Shown here: one piece after another, positions 1-14,800 of the stretch
Position numbering within the stretch: position 1 is the first letter of the stretch
Layout of the letters: the number at the start of each line of letters is the position of its first letter
Origin: an uncultured Clostridia bacterium
Lineage (GTDB): Bacteria > Bacillota > Clostridia > Christensenellales > UBA1242
Direction of reading: 5' to 3'
NCBI GenBank assembly: GCA_945919375.1
Contig: CAMEJD010000002.1
Span: forward strand, 35,643-99,642
DNA length: 64,000 bases
Notes under the pieces: model-generated
What the model saw: only the letters and a program-made list of their open reading frames with translations
Told to the model about the DNA's origin: nothing
Database searches by the model: none
Translations under genes and position numbers: made by a program

Positions 1-2800
1 TAAACTTACAATAACTTCTGTTGATTCAAGGATATTTGAAAGTGTGATAATGTTGTCGGTTGAATTATAGTTTGCAAGAACAAATCCATTTTCTTCCAAC
101 AATTTTAATGTTACAACTTCGCTTGCAAGTGTGGATATTTCATAAACTATTGCATTTGTTTGTGTTTCTGTTCTGATTAGTTTTGTAACTGCATTTTCGG
201 TTATTTCAAGTTTTCCAAAATCAGTTACGGGTTCCAAAATTTCTTCTTCTGGTAAAACTAATTTTACAGTTATCACGATAGATTGACCTTTAAAGATTGC
301 AACAAATTCCATATCACTCTTTACATTTGTTAGTTGTAAAATTTCATCAGTTGAATAATCTTGATATACACCATCAACCACTTTTACCCATTTTTCAAAA
401 ACAAAGTGTTCACTATTTTGTGCTTCAACTTTTTGTGCGTTATAACCATATCTTACTGTTATTGCAAAGTTTGTTTGTGGAATACCATCGTTGTAAGTTA
501 TATTGCCTTTTTGATAATCATTTGTAGAAAACTTGATTGTATATGTGTTAATTGTATAAATCAAATATACTGTTATGTCATCAATAATTTCCAAGTCAAT
601 TGAGTTGTCGTCATATGATGCAACAAGCCCTTCTAAACTTGAAAGCATATATTCACTTGACCCACTCTTTGACCAACTGCTGAATGTGTAACCTTCTTGG
701 ATATCCAATCTTGGAATAAGTTTTACTTGTGTTTTGTAAATTGCTTCGTATGGAGAATTTGAATTAAGAACAACATCACTTTGACCACTTCTTTGCAAAG
801 TAACCAAGTTATCTGCGTCCAAATCTCTGTTGAATGTATTTTCATTTCTATAAACTGCAACAAATTTTACGTTGTAACTATTTGTTGTAAATGGAATATT
901 TATTGTTCCATTTTCATAGAATTTTGTAAATGTTATTGTGTAAACATTTCCGTTTTCTCTAATTGCAAAATCGCCTTTATTTGTTGATGTTGTTTCAAAG
1001 AGCCAGTTTGCTGTGTTTGTATCAACTGAATACCCATGGTTTGCTGTTACTATGAAAGTGAATGGACTATCAACCAAAGCCCCATATGTATATGAATATA
1101 CATTATTGATAACTCCGTCAATGGTTATTGCACCTTTCATTTCGTCTGCAATAAGTGTGATATTAACAGGTTTTGGTTCAAAGTTTACTGTGATTGTTAT
1201 GTCACAAATAAAGCCTGACAACTCACGAATTGCATCTATATCACTGCCTGACAAATTGAAATTGATACCATTTGAATCAACAAGCCAACCACTTAATTGA
1301 TAACCTTCAAGGGACATTGCTGTAAGATTTACAACACTTTCGGTTTTTGCTGTGAATGTAATCTCTCCAACATCTTTTGTTGAATATTCTCCACTATATA
1401 CATAACCTTTTGTCTTGTCATTAACTTTTAATGTAATTGTATTTTCTTTAAAGTCGTAATTTGCAGTTAGTGTTTCATCTTGCATAAATTCCAAAATTTG
1501 AATTGTTGCACTTTGACTATCTGTCAAATTGTATGTTGATGTCCAATCTTTAAAGATATATCCCATGGTGTCTGTTGCTGTGATTGTCGCATTGTATGTT
1601 GTCATAACATCAATAGTCAACCTATCACTATTGCCTGCTGTGAGTGAATAGTTGCTAATTAGCACATTATCTTTATTTTTTATCTCAACTTTTATGTCAT
1701 GATGCTTTGAAATTATTGTCAAAACATAATTGTTTTCTGTATATTGTGCATCCGAAGTTAAATCGCCTAATTGTTTGAATACAAATTCAGTTGAAATAGA
1801 ATTTGTGTAAGAATCAAATGTCCAACCTTTCTTTGTTGGTTCAATAAGTTCTCCGAGTTTGCTATTGTAAGCAACATTTTTTGATACCTTAATAACGTTT
1901 CCGTTTTCATCTCTTTCTTCAACTGTCCAAATGTTTGAATCAAAGTTGCTATAAACTCCACCATTTGCATTTAACACAAGTTTATAGTTACGAGGAGTCC
2001 ATTTTACATACAATGTTATTTTTGGGAAATAACTTTCGCCCAAAATTGTGTTTGCATCAAATAAAACATCTGCTCCATTCTTGTCTTCCCAGCCACTCAT
2101 TGCATAGCCATCTCTTGAAACATCCGGAATTGTTATACCATAATCACTTAATTTACTATTAAAGTCAACTTCAACAATTGCCAAAGTATTACCGGATTCA
2201 AATGTCCATTTTTGAGAATTTGTAAATTGTCCTTCATTGGCAAATAATGTTAACATTACTGTTTTTGGGTCAAATTTTGCATAAATTACATTATCTTTTG
2301 CCAAAACAGTGTATCCGTTGTTAATAAAGTCGTCATTTACCGATGCGTTAATATCATCACTAAATCCAACAAATACATAACCATTTTTTGGAGTTGCAAC
2401 ATTGTTTAATGCTACGGTTGAATAGTAGTTATATTTGCCATCAACCGTAATTGTTGTTCCACCTTGAAGTGAAGCATCATCACTATAAATGCCATTAACC
2501 TTTGTTACATTAACAATTTTCACATCAAATGATTTGATTTCCCATTTGGCGTATGCAGATTTTTCAACTTCGTCAATTGGCCAGTTTGAAGAATCAATCA
2601 TTGTATCCAACTTAACTTGGTTTGTATATTCTTTGTCAAAGTACCAACCAACAAAGGTGTAACCTTCGTGTCTTGGTTGTGGCATATAGGTGTTTGTATC
2701 ACCAATCTTTTTGTCATAAATCAAATCAAAACTTGAAGTTTCGTTATCTTCAATAAGGTTTGGATTTATAATTGACTTTTCATCAAAATTATATACAAAG
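1..2800 (-). repeat. Coding tandem repeats inside the giant ORF: at least nine modules of about 90 aa of Listeria-Bacteroides (Flg_new-like) type. Boundaries are approximate.
   Basis: Recurring signatures in the translated frame: EGYTFVGWYFD (~2650), NGYVFVGFSDD (~2370), DGYAMSGWEDK (~2100), KGWTFDSYTN (~1830), MGYIFKDWTS (~1560), EGYQLSGWLVD (~1300), HGYSVDTN (~1040), EGYTFSSWSKS (~690), EHFVFEKWVKV (~390). Spacing is about 270 nt. Confidence 0.6.
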
Positions 2801-5800
2801 TTAAGTTTTACAAGTTTATTTGTGATACTCCCTTTAACATTGCTTGCAAAATAGTTTTTACCATCTGTTCCCGACAATGTAAAGATTACAATTTTGTCTG
2901 TTGCAACACTTGAATCTTCTTCCAACTTGTCATTATAGAACTTGGCACTTATTTCTACAACATCTCCCGAAATTAGTCCGCTTTCAATTGTAAAGTCACC
3001 CAAAACAATGTTATCTCCATCAAATTCTTTGATAAAGTTCTTTGAGTTGCTTATTGTCAATTCTTTTTGGGTTATTGTAAATTGTACACCGTCATCAAAT
3101 GAAAGATTAAAGTTATTTGATGTTATATTTGATTTTATTTGATAATTGCCAACAACATATTTTGTTTCCCCTGCCAAGAAGTCAATGTATAAATTTCCAG
3201 TAACTTCGCTGTTTATGTCGCCATTAAAGTCTGTTGTGTCCAAATCTTCAAGAGAATACAAAATGTCTAAATTATTTGTGCCATAAATAGCTTCTTGCCC
3301 TTGGTTTGGAACAACTTTTACATTTCTCTTTGTTATTTTACCAGATAATGTATTTGTTACATTAAAGTTAGAAGGGCTTTCACCTGCAAGGTTTACAACA
3401 ATATTTACATTGTCACTTACCATTGAATCTGCATATTGTCCATACGCACTCAAATGGTAAATGCTTTCATCAAGTTCTATATTTGATGCATCAAGTATTG
3501 TAATTGTTCCATAAAGTTTTGTAGATTTGTCGTAAGGTTTGTCAAGGTTTTCACCTTTAAGGACAATATCCTTTTGCTTTATTTGATATTCAACTTCGCT
3601 AATTAGATTAAATTGTTCAAAGTTTGAACTTGAAAGTGTCCAAGACTCAACTTGGTACGAGCCAACATTAACACCCGCCTCAAAAGTAATTGTTCCGATT
3701 AAAGTTTCACCACTGGCTTCATAATCTAACAATGTTACATCAACTGAACCAATATTTTGTGTATCATATTGTTTTTGTAACAAATTTATATTTTTTGCTG
3801 TTGCAAGAATAGTAACTGTTGTTGAAGATGCTTTTTTGATTGTAAACAAGCCCTTGCCACTTTCAAGTGTAACTGTATAGTTTTTGTTATCCCAATTTTG
3901 CAATTGGATATCATAAACGCCAACACTTTCGCCCAAAGTTCTTGTAAAGTACAAATTGATAAGTTCATTTAGTGGTGTTGTCATTGTAAATGAAAGTTCT
4001 GGATCTATGTTATTAAAGTTTTTGCTAAACCTGTCTGTTGGAACATCAGCATCATTTACAACAAAAGTATATGGTGTTATTTCAAAAGCAAAAGTATTAC
4101 TTGTTGCAAATTCATAGAATGTTGAATTTAGTAAAACTGTGAATGTATAATTTCCAACATTTTTTGGTGCGTCTTCACTATCATATTCTTGTGATTTATA
4201 GTTGTATACAAATGTTGGCAATGTGTCACCATTGCTCACATCTGCAAATGCTATAATCGGATTTACTTGTACTATACTATTACTATATATATATGTATTA
4301 GCAATATCAGAAAAATCAATTGTGATTTGTGATTTTACAACACTAACCTTTCCGTCTAACCTAAACAAGTAGTTTGATGTTTGATTTATGCTTTCTCCGT
4401 CAATAACTGTAAGCCCAGATAAATCAATTTGTGTTAGGTCAATAACCCCCAAAGTGTCTTGTTTTGTGAATTTTACAATTCCTTCCAAGGTTTGTCCATC
4501 AACAAGTGTACCAACCATTGTAAAGTTTTCCGGTTTATATGGAATTGAGTATTCACCGCTAGATTTGTATGTTAGTTCTTTATTTACATTAAGTGTGATA
4601 ACCCTTTGTGTAATTTTCCCGTTGCCAGTTACATTTAGCATATAGTTCTTTGCTGGGAAAGTATCTGCATTTTTAATTGCAAAGATAATTGAATAATCAT
4701 CTTGACTTGCATTTTTTACTGCAATATTATCTCTATCAACATAATTTCCTTCAATTTCAATGCTGTCACCTGCAAATACTTGTGATGAAGTTAATGTTTT
4801 ACTGCCAATTGAATTTATGACACTGCTTGTTGCATCATATTCTTTTTGGCTTACATAATCAATTTCTGTTATTGTAAATGGGATAATTTCAAATTCATAC
4901 TCATCTCCATCAACAAGTTCACAGTTTTTGATTGAAACTTTAATATGATATGTCCCAACATTAACTGCACTATCTTCAACCAAACTAATTGTTCCTAGTT
5001 CTGTGTTTTGGGTCGTAATTGTTTGCAATTGCTTATTTGCATCAAAGAATGTGAATGCCAAACTATCTATTGCTTCGGTCTTTGAATATACAACTTGTGT
5101 TTGACTTAAATATGCATCACCTTTTGATATTTTAAAAGGAATAATTTCAATCGTCCCAAACTGGGCAAGAATATTATAGTTTTTGTCAAGGATATTCTCG
5201 CCTTTTGCAATTATTTCTAGGTTTTCAAATATAATATAACCATCTTTATTATCGTTAGGGTCTTGTGTATATGTGCCAACATTAAGCCCAACTTTTGACA
5301 ACCTGTATTCACCTTTAAGTTCTTGCCCTGCAATCAATCCAATTACGGATGTTGGTTCAATTTTTGACCTATGGTCACTTGTTGGGTTATATGATTTTTG
5401 TATATTCCCCAAAGTAAAGCTAATGTCACGTTTTTGCACTGTGAATTCAATTTTGTTTTCATTATAACCAAGAACGTTGAAAACAAAATTGTTTGTGTTT
5501 GAAGATACTGTTGCAACATAATCACCAGCGTCAACAACTTCCTTGTCATATGACACTGTTAATGCTGTTTTTGCAACATCTTGTAATTCTTCTTCCAAAC
5601 TATCAAATGTCAAATATTCGTCAATTGTTTGAACTGTTCCGTTGTATTCCAAATTAAATGGATTAACTGTTACATCAACATTCTTACTATTTATTGTTAC
5701 TACACCTGCAAAAATAAATTCATAGTTGCTTGTAAAGTCATTCTCATCTTTTTTGACTTTTAGTTCTGTTATGTCAATATTTGATAAATTAAGGTCATAA

Positions 5801-8800
5801 GTTCCTGCGTTTTGGTTATTAACCTTTATTCTTCCTGCAAGTGTTTGACCACTTACAACAGAACCAGCGGTCATTGTCAAGTTTTCGTAATCAATGTATT
5901 GAACTTTGTTATTAAATGTCAAAACATAGCCATCTTTGATTGTAAGACTTATTTTTCTTGCTTTAATTTCGCCCTTTAGGTTTAAGTTGTCAATAACATA
6001 GTTTGAACTATCTTGACCTGATATTGTAAATTTGATTACATAATCATTACCAATTGTGTTTACAATGTCGCCATTGTCATTATAGTAATTACCAACAATT
6101 GTAACATCATCAATATTCCCATCTTTTGAGCAAATGTCTTGTGAAGTCAAATTGCCCAAAACATCACTTGTTGAATCATATTCTTTTGAAGTGTTGCAAT
6201 CAACAACAAGAATTTCTTTTTGTTTAACTTCAAATGTAAAAGTTGTGTCAATTGGATTAAACCCTTGAACTGATATTTGTAATCTTACACTATAACTTCC
6301 TGCATTGATAATTTTGTCTGTACGTGTATTGTTGTAAGTAAAATCGCTTATAATTGTTTGCCCATTATATGTGTTGTTGTTTACATCAAATCTGTGTTCA
6401 GTCCCATCAATTAAGAATGTTACATAAACTTCGCCACTTGCAAATTTATCTTTTCCGTTATAAACAAGAGATTCCAACGCTTCTGTATCAAATTCTTCAC
6501 TTGTGTTTGATATGATAATTGTACAAGTTAAATATTCAATACTATAATTTTGAGTTACATCATCTTTCATTTGGGTGATTGCTAGTGATTTGATGTAGAT
6601 TTCGCTTGAATTGTCAAATACCAAATTGTTTGGAAGTCCATTAACTTGATATGTTTTTGCAACACTGCCATTTGTTGAAAGAGTTGCAACCAACTTGTGA
6701 ATAGAAAGCAAACCTTCTGTTCTTTCTGCTGTTGGATCTATTATGTCTTTTGCTTCAACTTGATATGTTGCATTTATTCCGTCTTTATATCTTCTGTTAA
6801 TTGTGTCACGTACGTCAATTGCAATTTTTCTCTTTGCAATTTTTAGTGTTTCGTTAAAGATAAGTTCTTTTTGTTGAATCGCTTGACCATTATCAATTCT
6901 TACAAATCTATAGTTGCTATTTTCCGGCAAACTGATTTTGATATTATATTCACCCGCATTGATAGGTGTAACACTTACATTATTTTGCAAGTAGTCAACT
7001 TTATATTCAAAGTCGTCAACAATTTCTCCTTTAGAATCATATATTGATTCTTCAAAGGTTGGCAGTTGTTCTTTTGCATTATATACATATTGCAAATACT
7101 TTACATTAACTGTAACAAGTGCTGGTTTTATTTCTAGTGTGCCTACAAAACTTAGGTTATAGTTATCCAACCCTTCGCTTGTGCCAGATGCCAAAATAAT
7201 TTTTAATTTTGATAAATCAAAAGTATTCGTTGATATGTCATACTCACCAACATCTTTAATGTTAATCAAGACTTTCCCGCTCAAGATTTCTCTGTTTTCA
7301 AGTTCTGTAGGTGTAAAGTTAGAAATATCAATTTCAACAGTTTTTCCATCATAGAATTTTGAATATGTTTTTAGTGAAATAGTTTGATCTAATTTTGTAA
7401 TATCACCAAAGCCAAATGTTGTTAAAAGATTGTATGAATTTTCAATAAGTGGATTACCGCTTTTTAATACAAATTTAATTTTTTTCTTTTCTCCAACATT
7501 TTTGTTGTCATAGGTTGCTTCAATATATGCAAGATTTTCATCTTCTTTACAAATGTTTTTGTCTGCTTTGAACTTATAATCAGTGTCTTCAACATCTATA
7601 GTTCCGTCATACACTTTTGAAATTTCCAATAAATCCAAATCAACATCTCTTTGAGTAATTGTGTATGTGAATGGTTTGTTGTTTGCAATTTTATAGTTTT
7701 GGAGTTCAATTTCTAGTGCATATTCACCCGCATACTTGATATTCTCTTCACCTTGAACCAAAACGCCACTACGTTTTATTGATTTATATGTAAAATCTTC
7801 TATAGCACCATTTACACTGAAGGTTAATGAATGTGTTTGAGCATTATATTCATTTTGACTGCTTGAAATTATAACTTGACTTCTATCAATTCCCGCCTGT
7901 TTGATTATAATTTGTGCTTCGGCATGAATGATAATTTCATAGTTACGTGTGTAATCTTCTCCATCTTTGTAAATTGTTATTTCGGCTGGGTTTACAAAAT
8001 CCCTTTGTGCAACATAGTATGTTCCACAATCTTTTCCAGTAGTAACAAAGTTCCAAGATATACTATCTCCGGCACCCAAAGTGTTGTCTGCTATATCCTT
8101 TGACAAAATATAGATGTCGTCTTGTGCCTTGTCTACCTTGTAAGTGATTTTGTTGCCTGTGTACGCATACTCGGTTTGGAATCTTATTGATAGATTTCTT
8201 TTTATAATTGTGTAATTAAATTGTGTTTGAGTTGAAATAATCTCAAAGTTTATCTCATCGCTTGCACTCAACCTAAACTCAATTTGATAATCTCCCACTT
8301 GTAATGGTTGATAATTTATCTGTTCATAAGAACTTCCATTTTTAATATAGTAAACTTTTTCAAGTGAATTTGGCAAACTTGCATTCTTAATGTTATCGCT
8401 TCTTGTGAGTTCATATTTTATATCAATTGCAAGACCATTGTATGTATATGGACTAGTTGGACTGCACGCAAGAACAAGTTTTGCCTTGATAATTTCGATA
8501 TCATAAGCAAATGACGATATCTCATAGTTTGTGCTGTATACTTTGTTGCCAAATAACAAAGCGTCTTTGTTTATTTCAAGTGTGCTGTTATGGTTTGTGT
8601 ATCTTGCAACTTCTTTTGCTATAAAATTAACACTTCCATCAACATCTTCACCTGTAACAAGTCCTGTAACTTGTATGTTGTCTGAATTAACTTCAAATAT
8701 GTTTGTTCCGTCATATTGTTTTGAAACACCACTAACAACCACATCAACTGATACTTTGTTAATTGTTCCATATATTGTGCCATTTGGGAATGCCAAGATA

Positions 8801-11800
8801 TAGTTCTTGTTATTTTCGCTATTTTCATCTAATAGAATATCAATTGCAATATTTTCACCAGCATTTACTGTTCTATAGTTATAAACAAATGTTGGCTCAT
8901 AACCACTTACAATTGTTTCTATATTAAATTGGCTAATATCTTTTGTTACAACGTTTGTTGAATCGTAATATTTTTCTATCTTACCATTTGAAGAATCATA
9001 AGTGATATTTAGGATTCTTTGGGATATGTTTAATGTTGCTTGAATTTCTTCTTGAACATTATAACCACAATTTTCTTTGAATTTTGCGATTACTTTATAT
9101 TCGCCAACTGTTATTGGCAAAGATGAAAGAGTTACATTATCTTTTTCGTACTTATAACTTTCTACCGCATCTTTAAATTCATCAGAAAGTGTTAATGTGT
9201 GTTGTTTCCCGTCAAACACAACATTTCTATCACCAACCCATTCAACATCTACATTAGATATTGACTTATAATTGATTGTAAGAGTTCCTGACAATGTGAT
9301 ATTAAAGTTTGAGAGCAATTCGTTTTTAATTTCAATTTTTAGATTGCCATTTTGTTGGTTGTATGTTCCAACATCTCCACATTCGGTTAAAATGTTGTTA
9401 ATGACTTTTGCTGTTTTTATTGTGTAATTGAAATTTATATTTTTTTCATTAAATTCGCCAGTTACTTGCAAAGGCAATTTGTCAAACACTTTTGAGGAAT
9501 CGTTAAAGTTGATTGAAATGTCTTTTGCTACAATTTTGCTTTGGTCACTAATTTTTGACAAATCAAGATTATAGTTATCGTTATATTGACTTTCAATTTC
9601 AACATCTCCATTTTTTACAACATACTTAATTGAAGATTTATTTAACAATGCGCCTGCATTTTTGTCATAATACGAACCTGTTATATATACTTTTTCGGTT
9701 GAAACGCCATCAAGCATCATAGTTGACATATCTGCCGATTTGTCATATTGCTTTAAAATTTCAATATTTGTTTTCAGCAATTCATATGGTGTTATTGTTA
9801 CATCAACAACTCGTGTTAAAGATTTTGACAAACCCTTGTTTGTTGCTGTTATTGTTAGTGTGTAAACACCACTATTCTTAACATTTTTAACTCTTAATGT
9901 TGAGTCTGCTTGCTCGCCGGCAATTTTTGCTGTGCTTGACCACTTGTATGTATATTCAATTGCTTTTGTATTTGAATTTGTAATAGTGAATGTATATGTG
10001 TGCTTTACTGAATCATACACAAAATTTTCTTTTACGTTACCATTATCAACCGCAATATCTTGCAACTGCCATATCGCAGTAAGTTTTGTATACTTTTTGT
10101 CCCAAATTGTTGAATTTGTGACATTTGTTGTACCATTTGTCCAGGCAACAAAGTCAAAACCATCTCTTGTTGGAATTGGGAATTTTGCATTATAATTTGC
10201 GATACTATAACTGATAGGTTTTGCATACGCAAACTTTGTTGACGAAACTTTGTCATCAAGATTTTCGCCGTCTGCCAAATTGTAATCATATTCAACACTT
10301 GACAATGTTGTTATATAGCAATTGATAATAATTTGTTTTACTGAACCATTTTCAATTGTGTAAGTGATGTTTGAATTGTCTGCAAAGTTGTTATCTACAA
10401 TATTTCCATCACATAAAACTTGCCAACTTTCAATCCAATAAATATAACCATAATCTTTTGATTGCTCATTGATTATCAATTTTAGGTTGATATTTGGGTT
10501 TCTTAAAAGGTAATCACGCTTTTCAATGATAGTAATATTTGATGAGTTATTATTGTTTATATTAAAGATATGGTCCTTGTCGCCATCTGAACTTATGATT
10601 GAATTTGCACTGATATATGCCAAACTTTTATCAACTTGTTCATTTGATTTGTTGTCATTTGACAAAACTTTGATACTTATTGTAATGCTGTTTTCATCTG
10701 ACTCTTTGATAAAGAAATCATCATTCACTTTTCCAATAAAGTTGTTTTGATTTCCTGATTTTAATGAGAATGTTAGCAATATCTTGTTTGCATTTTGACT
10801 TTCAAAAGAATATCCCCCAATAATGTTTTGTGATGTCTTTAGTTGATAATCAATTGCAAAACCATACTTTTGTATAAAACTTGAATCGTCACTTGCAATT
10901 GTGTAATATTCCTTGATATTTATTTGTAAATTATCTTCACCATTCTTAACAATATAGTTGTTTGAGTTGTTCTTTAAAACAAAGTTAAGTTCATATGGTG
11001 TGATTGTACCTGTAATATTTGTTGGATATGTGTAGTTCCTTACATCTGTTGTTGAACCAATTGATGTTATTGTAATTGTCATTGGAATATTTGTTCCAAC
11101 ATTAACATTATCATAAATGGCAATTACTGTTATTGAATCGCTACCACAAATGCCACCATAATCAACAGTGCTATTGATTTTATTTGTATTATCAAAAACT
11201 TTTACAAGTTCTGTTGTTATTTCACCATTTTGTGTGAACCAAATTTCTTTTGGCGAAATTGTTATTAAAAATTCTTGAGTTTCTTTTTCAATTGGACTCT
11301 CAGTGAAAGCGTACTCGTTTTGAGCATTAACTTTTATTTTGCAAGTATATTTTCCACTATCCACAACATTTTTGATATTGTCCAAAATTACATCGGTTTG
11401 CCCAGCAAGTGTTTTTCCGTCTTTATACCACGCATAGGAATATGTTAAAACATTTGTATTTTGCTTACCAGCAAAATCAATGGACAAACTTCTTGATTGA
11501 GCATCATATGTCCAACTTGATTCATTACCAACAACGGTCGGAGTAACAAAGTCAACAACCTTATAATATGCAGTGAATACCATTTCTCCACTAATTTCGT
11601 TGCTTTGAATAACATATCTTCTTGCTTCATCGGTGCTATTTGGGTCAAAAATTTTGTTTTTGTTTCCGTTGAATATAAAGTAAGCAAATTCATATGTTGC
11701 ATAATCGGTTTGCCAAGTTGGAACAAAAGTTGTTAAATTGAACAATTCACTTTGATAATTACTTGTTCCAAACATAACTTGTGCAGTGTATTCTTTTTGT

Positions 11801-14800
11801 CCGGAAACAAATTTGCCTTCGTTATTTATCCCACCTGCTCTAAATATTATGTTTGATATTATGTTTGCATCATAAACTGCAACAAAATCAACAGTTTTTG
11901 ATTGAATGTCAAATTTTTTACAAGAATTTTGAACAATCTTTCCATTTTGAATTGTCACATAAATTTGACCATCTTTTGATTTGTTTACTTCGCCATCGCT
12001 ATCTTTGTACATATATTTCCAGCCAGCAAGTGTGTATCCAAACTTTGATGGTTGTGGCAATTTTGAGTAATCGGTTGTTCCATAACTAATTGTAATTGTA
12101 GAAAATTGTGTATTTGAATCACTATACAAAGTCAAGTTTACGTCCGTTGGATTTGCTTTTATTTTAAATGTAACAGTGTTATTGTTGTCATCAATTACAT
12201 ATTTTTCATCAGTTCTAAATTCTCTATTATTTATTTGAACTGTTCCACTTTGCCAACATACAAAATCATACATTCCTTCAATTTGTACATTTGGTAATTT
12301 GCTTGCAAGCATAGTGGCGTTATATTCAATTTCAACCTTTTCTGTGCTTGAAAGTGTTACATTAAGATTTTGATTTGTTACTTCGTCTTTTAGTGTTTTA
12401 TCAAAAATTGCAGTAAGCATTTTTGCTTCATAAACTCTAACAATATACAATGTTGATTTTTCAATTGTAATTTGTGTTGCATTTGCACTTTGAGTATTCA
12501 ATGAATATTTAAAACTTGTGTTTCCAGAATACAAGGTGCTTGCAAATGTATCACCCAAGACTTTTCCGTTTGAATCTTTTTGAACCACATAAAAACCAAG
12601 GAATTTGTACCCCAATTTATTATCTGCCAAAACCGTATCAACACTTCCTGCAATTTGATTATCACTTGTATCAAGTGTAAAGTTGTCAATTGTTGTTGAA
12701 GCATTTTTTATTAAAGCGTCACCAGTATGAACACTTATTGCTCTTGTAGTATATTTTAGATATAGTTTATAAGTGTCAGATGTATCATACTTGCTCAAAT
12801 TTGAATATGTCAAATACATCTTCCAATCAACAACGCTGTTTGATGTTATTTTTATGTTTGATGCTTGCCCATTTTCAAACAATATTGAAAGTTGTTCTAT
12901 AATTTTTGAATCCAAATCATAGTTAAATACTTCATTTATTCTTTGGGCTTCGTTTTTGATTGATACTATTAACTTATCACTTCCAGCATCTTTTGTTACA
13001 GCAAGTATGGAGCCGTAAGGCACTGTTGCATTTTTTGTGCTTAACACTTTTACTGTTTCTTGCCCACTAATATTTGCAATACTTTGGTTAATTATTGAAA
13101 GGTCAACTTTTGGAACAGAACAATCAATTCCAATACTATACTCTCCTGCATTTTCGTCAACAATAATGTTTGAAATTACAAATGAGTTTGGTTCACTTCC
13201 TGCACCTACTATATATCCATCACGAATACCTTTTACAGTGATATCGCTTGCACTTAATCTAATATTGTAAGGGAGTCCATTTAATGTTAATGTCACTTCG
13301 TCATCAGTCAACAAACTTGTATTTAATTGACTCATTTTTCTTGGCTCTATTGACCTATCGGTTTTTGCGCCATCAACCGAAATATTTATTCCAAATTCAA
13401 AGTTTTTCCAGTCATCATTGTTTATATCAACATCGTTGAGTGAGAATGTAAAGTCTTTACCTATTCTATCAATATTAAATATAATTACAATATCGTCAAC
13501 ATACAATGCCTTTGCACCAATAGAGTTTAATGTCAGTTCCACACTATAACTGCCATCTGCCGATTGTTTTATATCAGATTTTGTTATTCCTATAGTGTTT
13601 TTGCTTAATGTTTCTGTTGGTAATACTATTGAATATAATTTGTAACCTTGCTTTACTTTGATGTCTTTTATCAAAATAGTTTCATTTACACTAAACAATT
13701 TTTCATTGTCCTGCAAATTTGTTCCATTGGCAAGAATTTCTGACAAGCGAACACCATTATCTCTTGTTATATTTTTATTTTTTATCGTAATTGGTGCTTC
13801 ATTATAACCATTTATCAAAGATTTGATATTTGTTTTTACAAGTGCATCATATTCATACTTTTGGAAATTGAATTCAATTTTTTCAATACCAATTAAAGTT
13901 TCAAAATCAAATACATAGTTCCCGCTTTCTTGGCTTAGTGAATATCTAAAGCGAGATTTAACTTTATACCTATTTTCATTTGCATTGTAAGATAATTGAC
14001 AACCATAATAATCAAAATCTTTCGTTGTGTCGTCAATGGTAAATTCTTGAGATTGATTCCCAATTTTCATGGTAAGGACAACTGACTTTAACTTATGTCC
14101 ACCTTTTTGAACAACATTAAATGTATATGGTGTTGTGCTTGTTGTTGTGTTAAGCTTCCACATTCCATTATTGCTTGATGTTAATGTTCCACCATTTTTG
14201 TTTTGTATGCTATCAACAGTATTAATTTCTTCATTTTTACTGTTCTTTAGGGAATTAGTTACAATTGTTATTGTTTGGTTTTTCGCTCTCCAAATTGGAT
14301 ACCATTCCAAAGAATTTGCTTTCCATCTTCCAAGCCCACCATTTGGTGCCAATCCACCACTTGTTGGTTGGAAATATGTAACTGCATCTCCATTATCCAC
14401 TTTTTCTGTGATTCCGCCACAAGCAAAATCACTCCAAAATGGATATAATTCGTCGCCTTCATAAATGTCTTTTATAATCTTGCCATTATACCCAATACCT
14501 TTGTCAGCAATTTTTTCATAAAGCATAACACCTACAGCAACTTTTGTTCCGCCACTTTCACTATAATTTGAATACCATTTTTGGAAAAGTGCTTCAAATC
14601 TCGCTTCAGCTCTGCCATCGCCTATTGTTACATTAAACACATTATCAAAATAGTAGTTTATAACACAGTCTTGTGTTACTCCTGAGCTTTCAGTAAAAAA
14701 ATAGTTCTTTGACAATTCCCCAGTCAAGCTAACACTTTTGTCAGCCGCTTTATCTGCCGAATTTATTGAACTTTGGTTACTGCTTGAAGATGTTGTCGAA

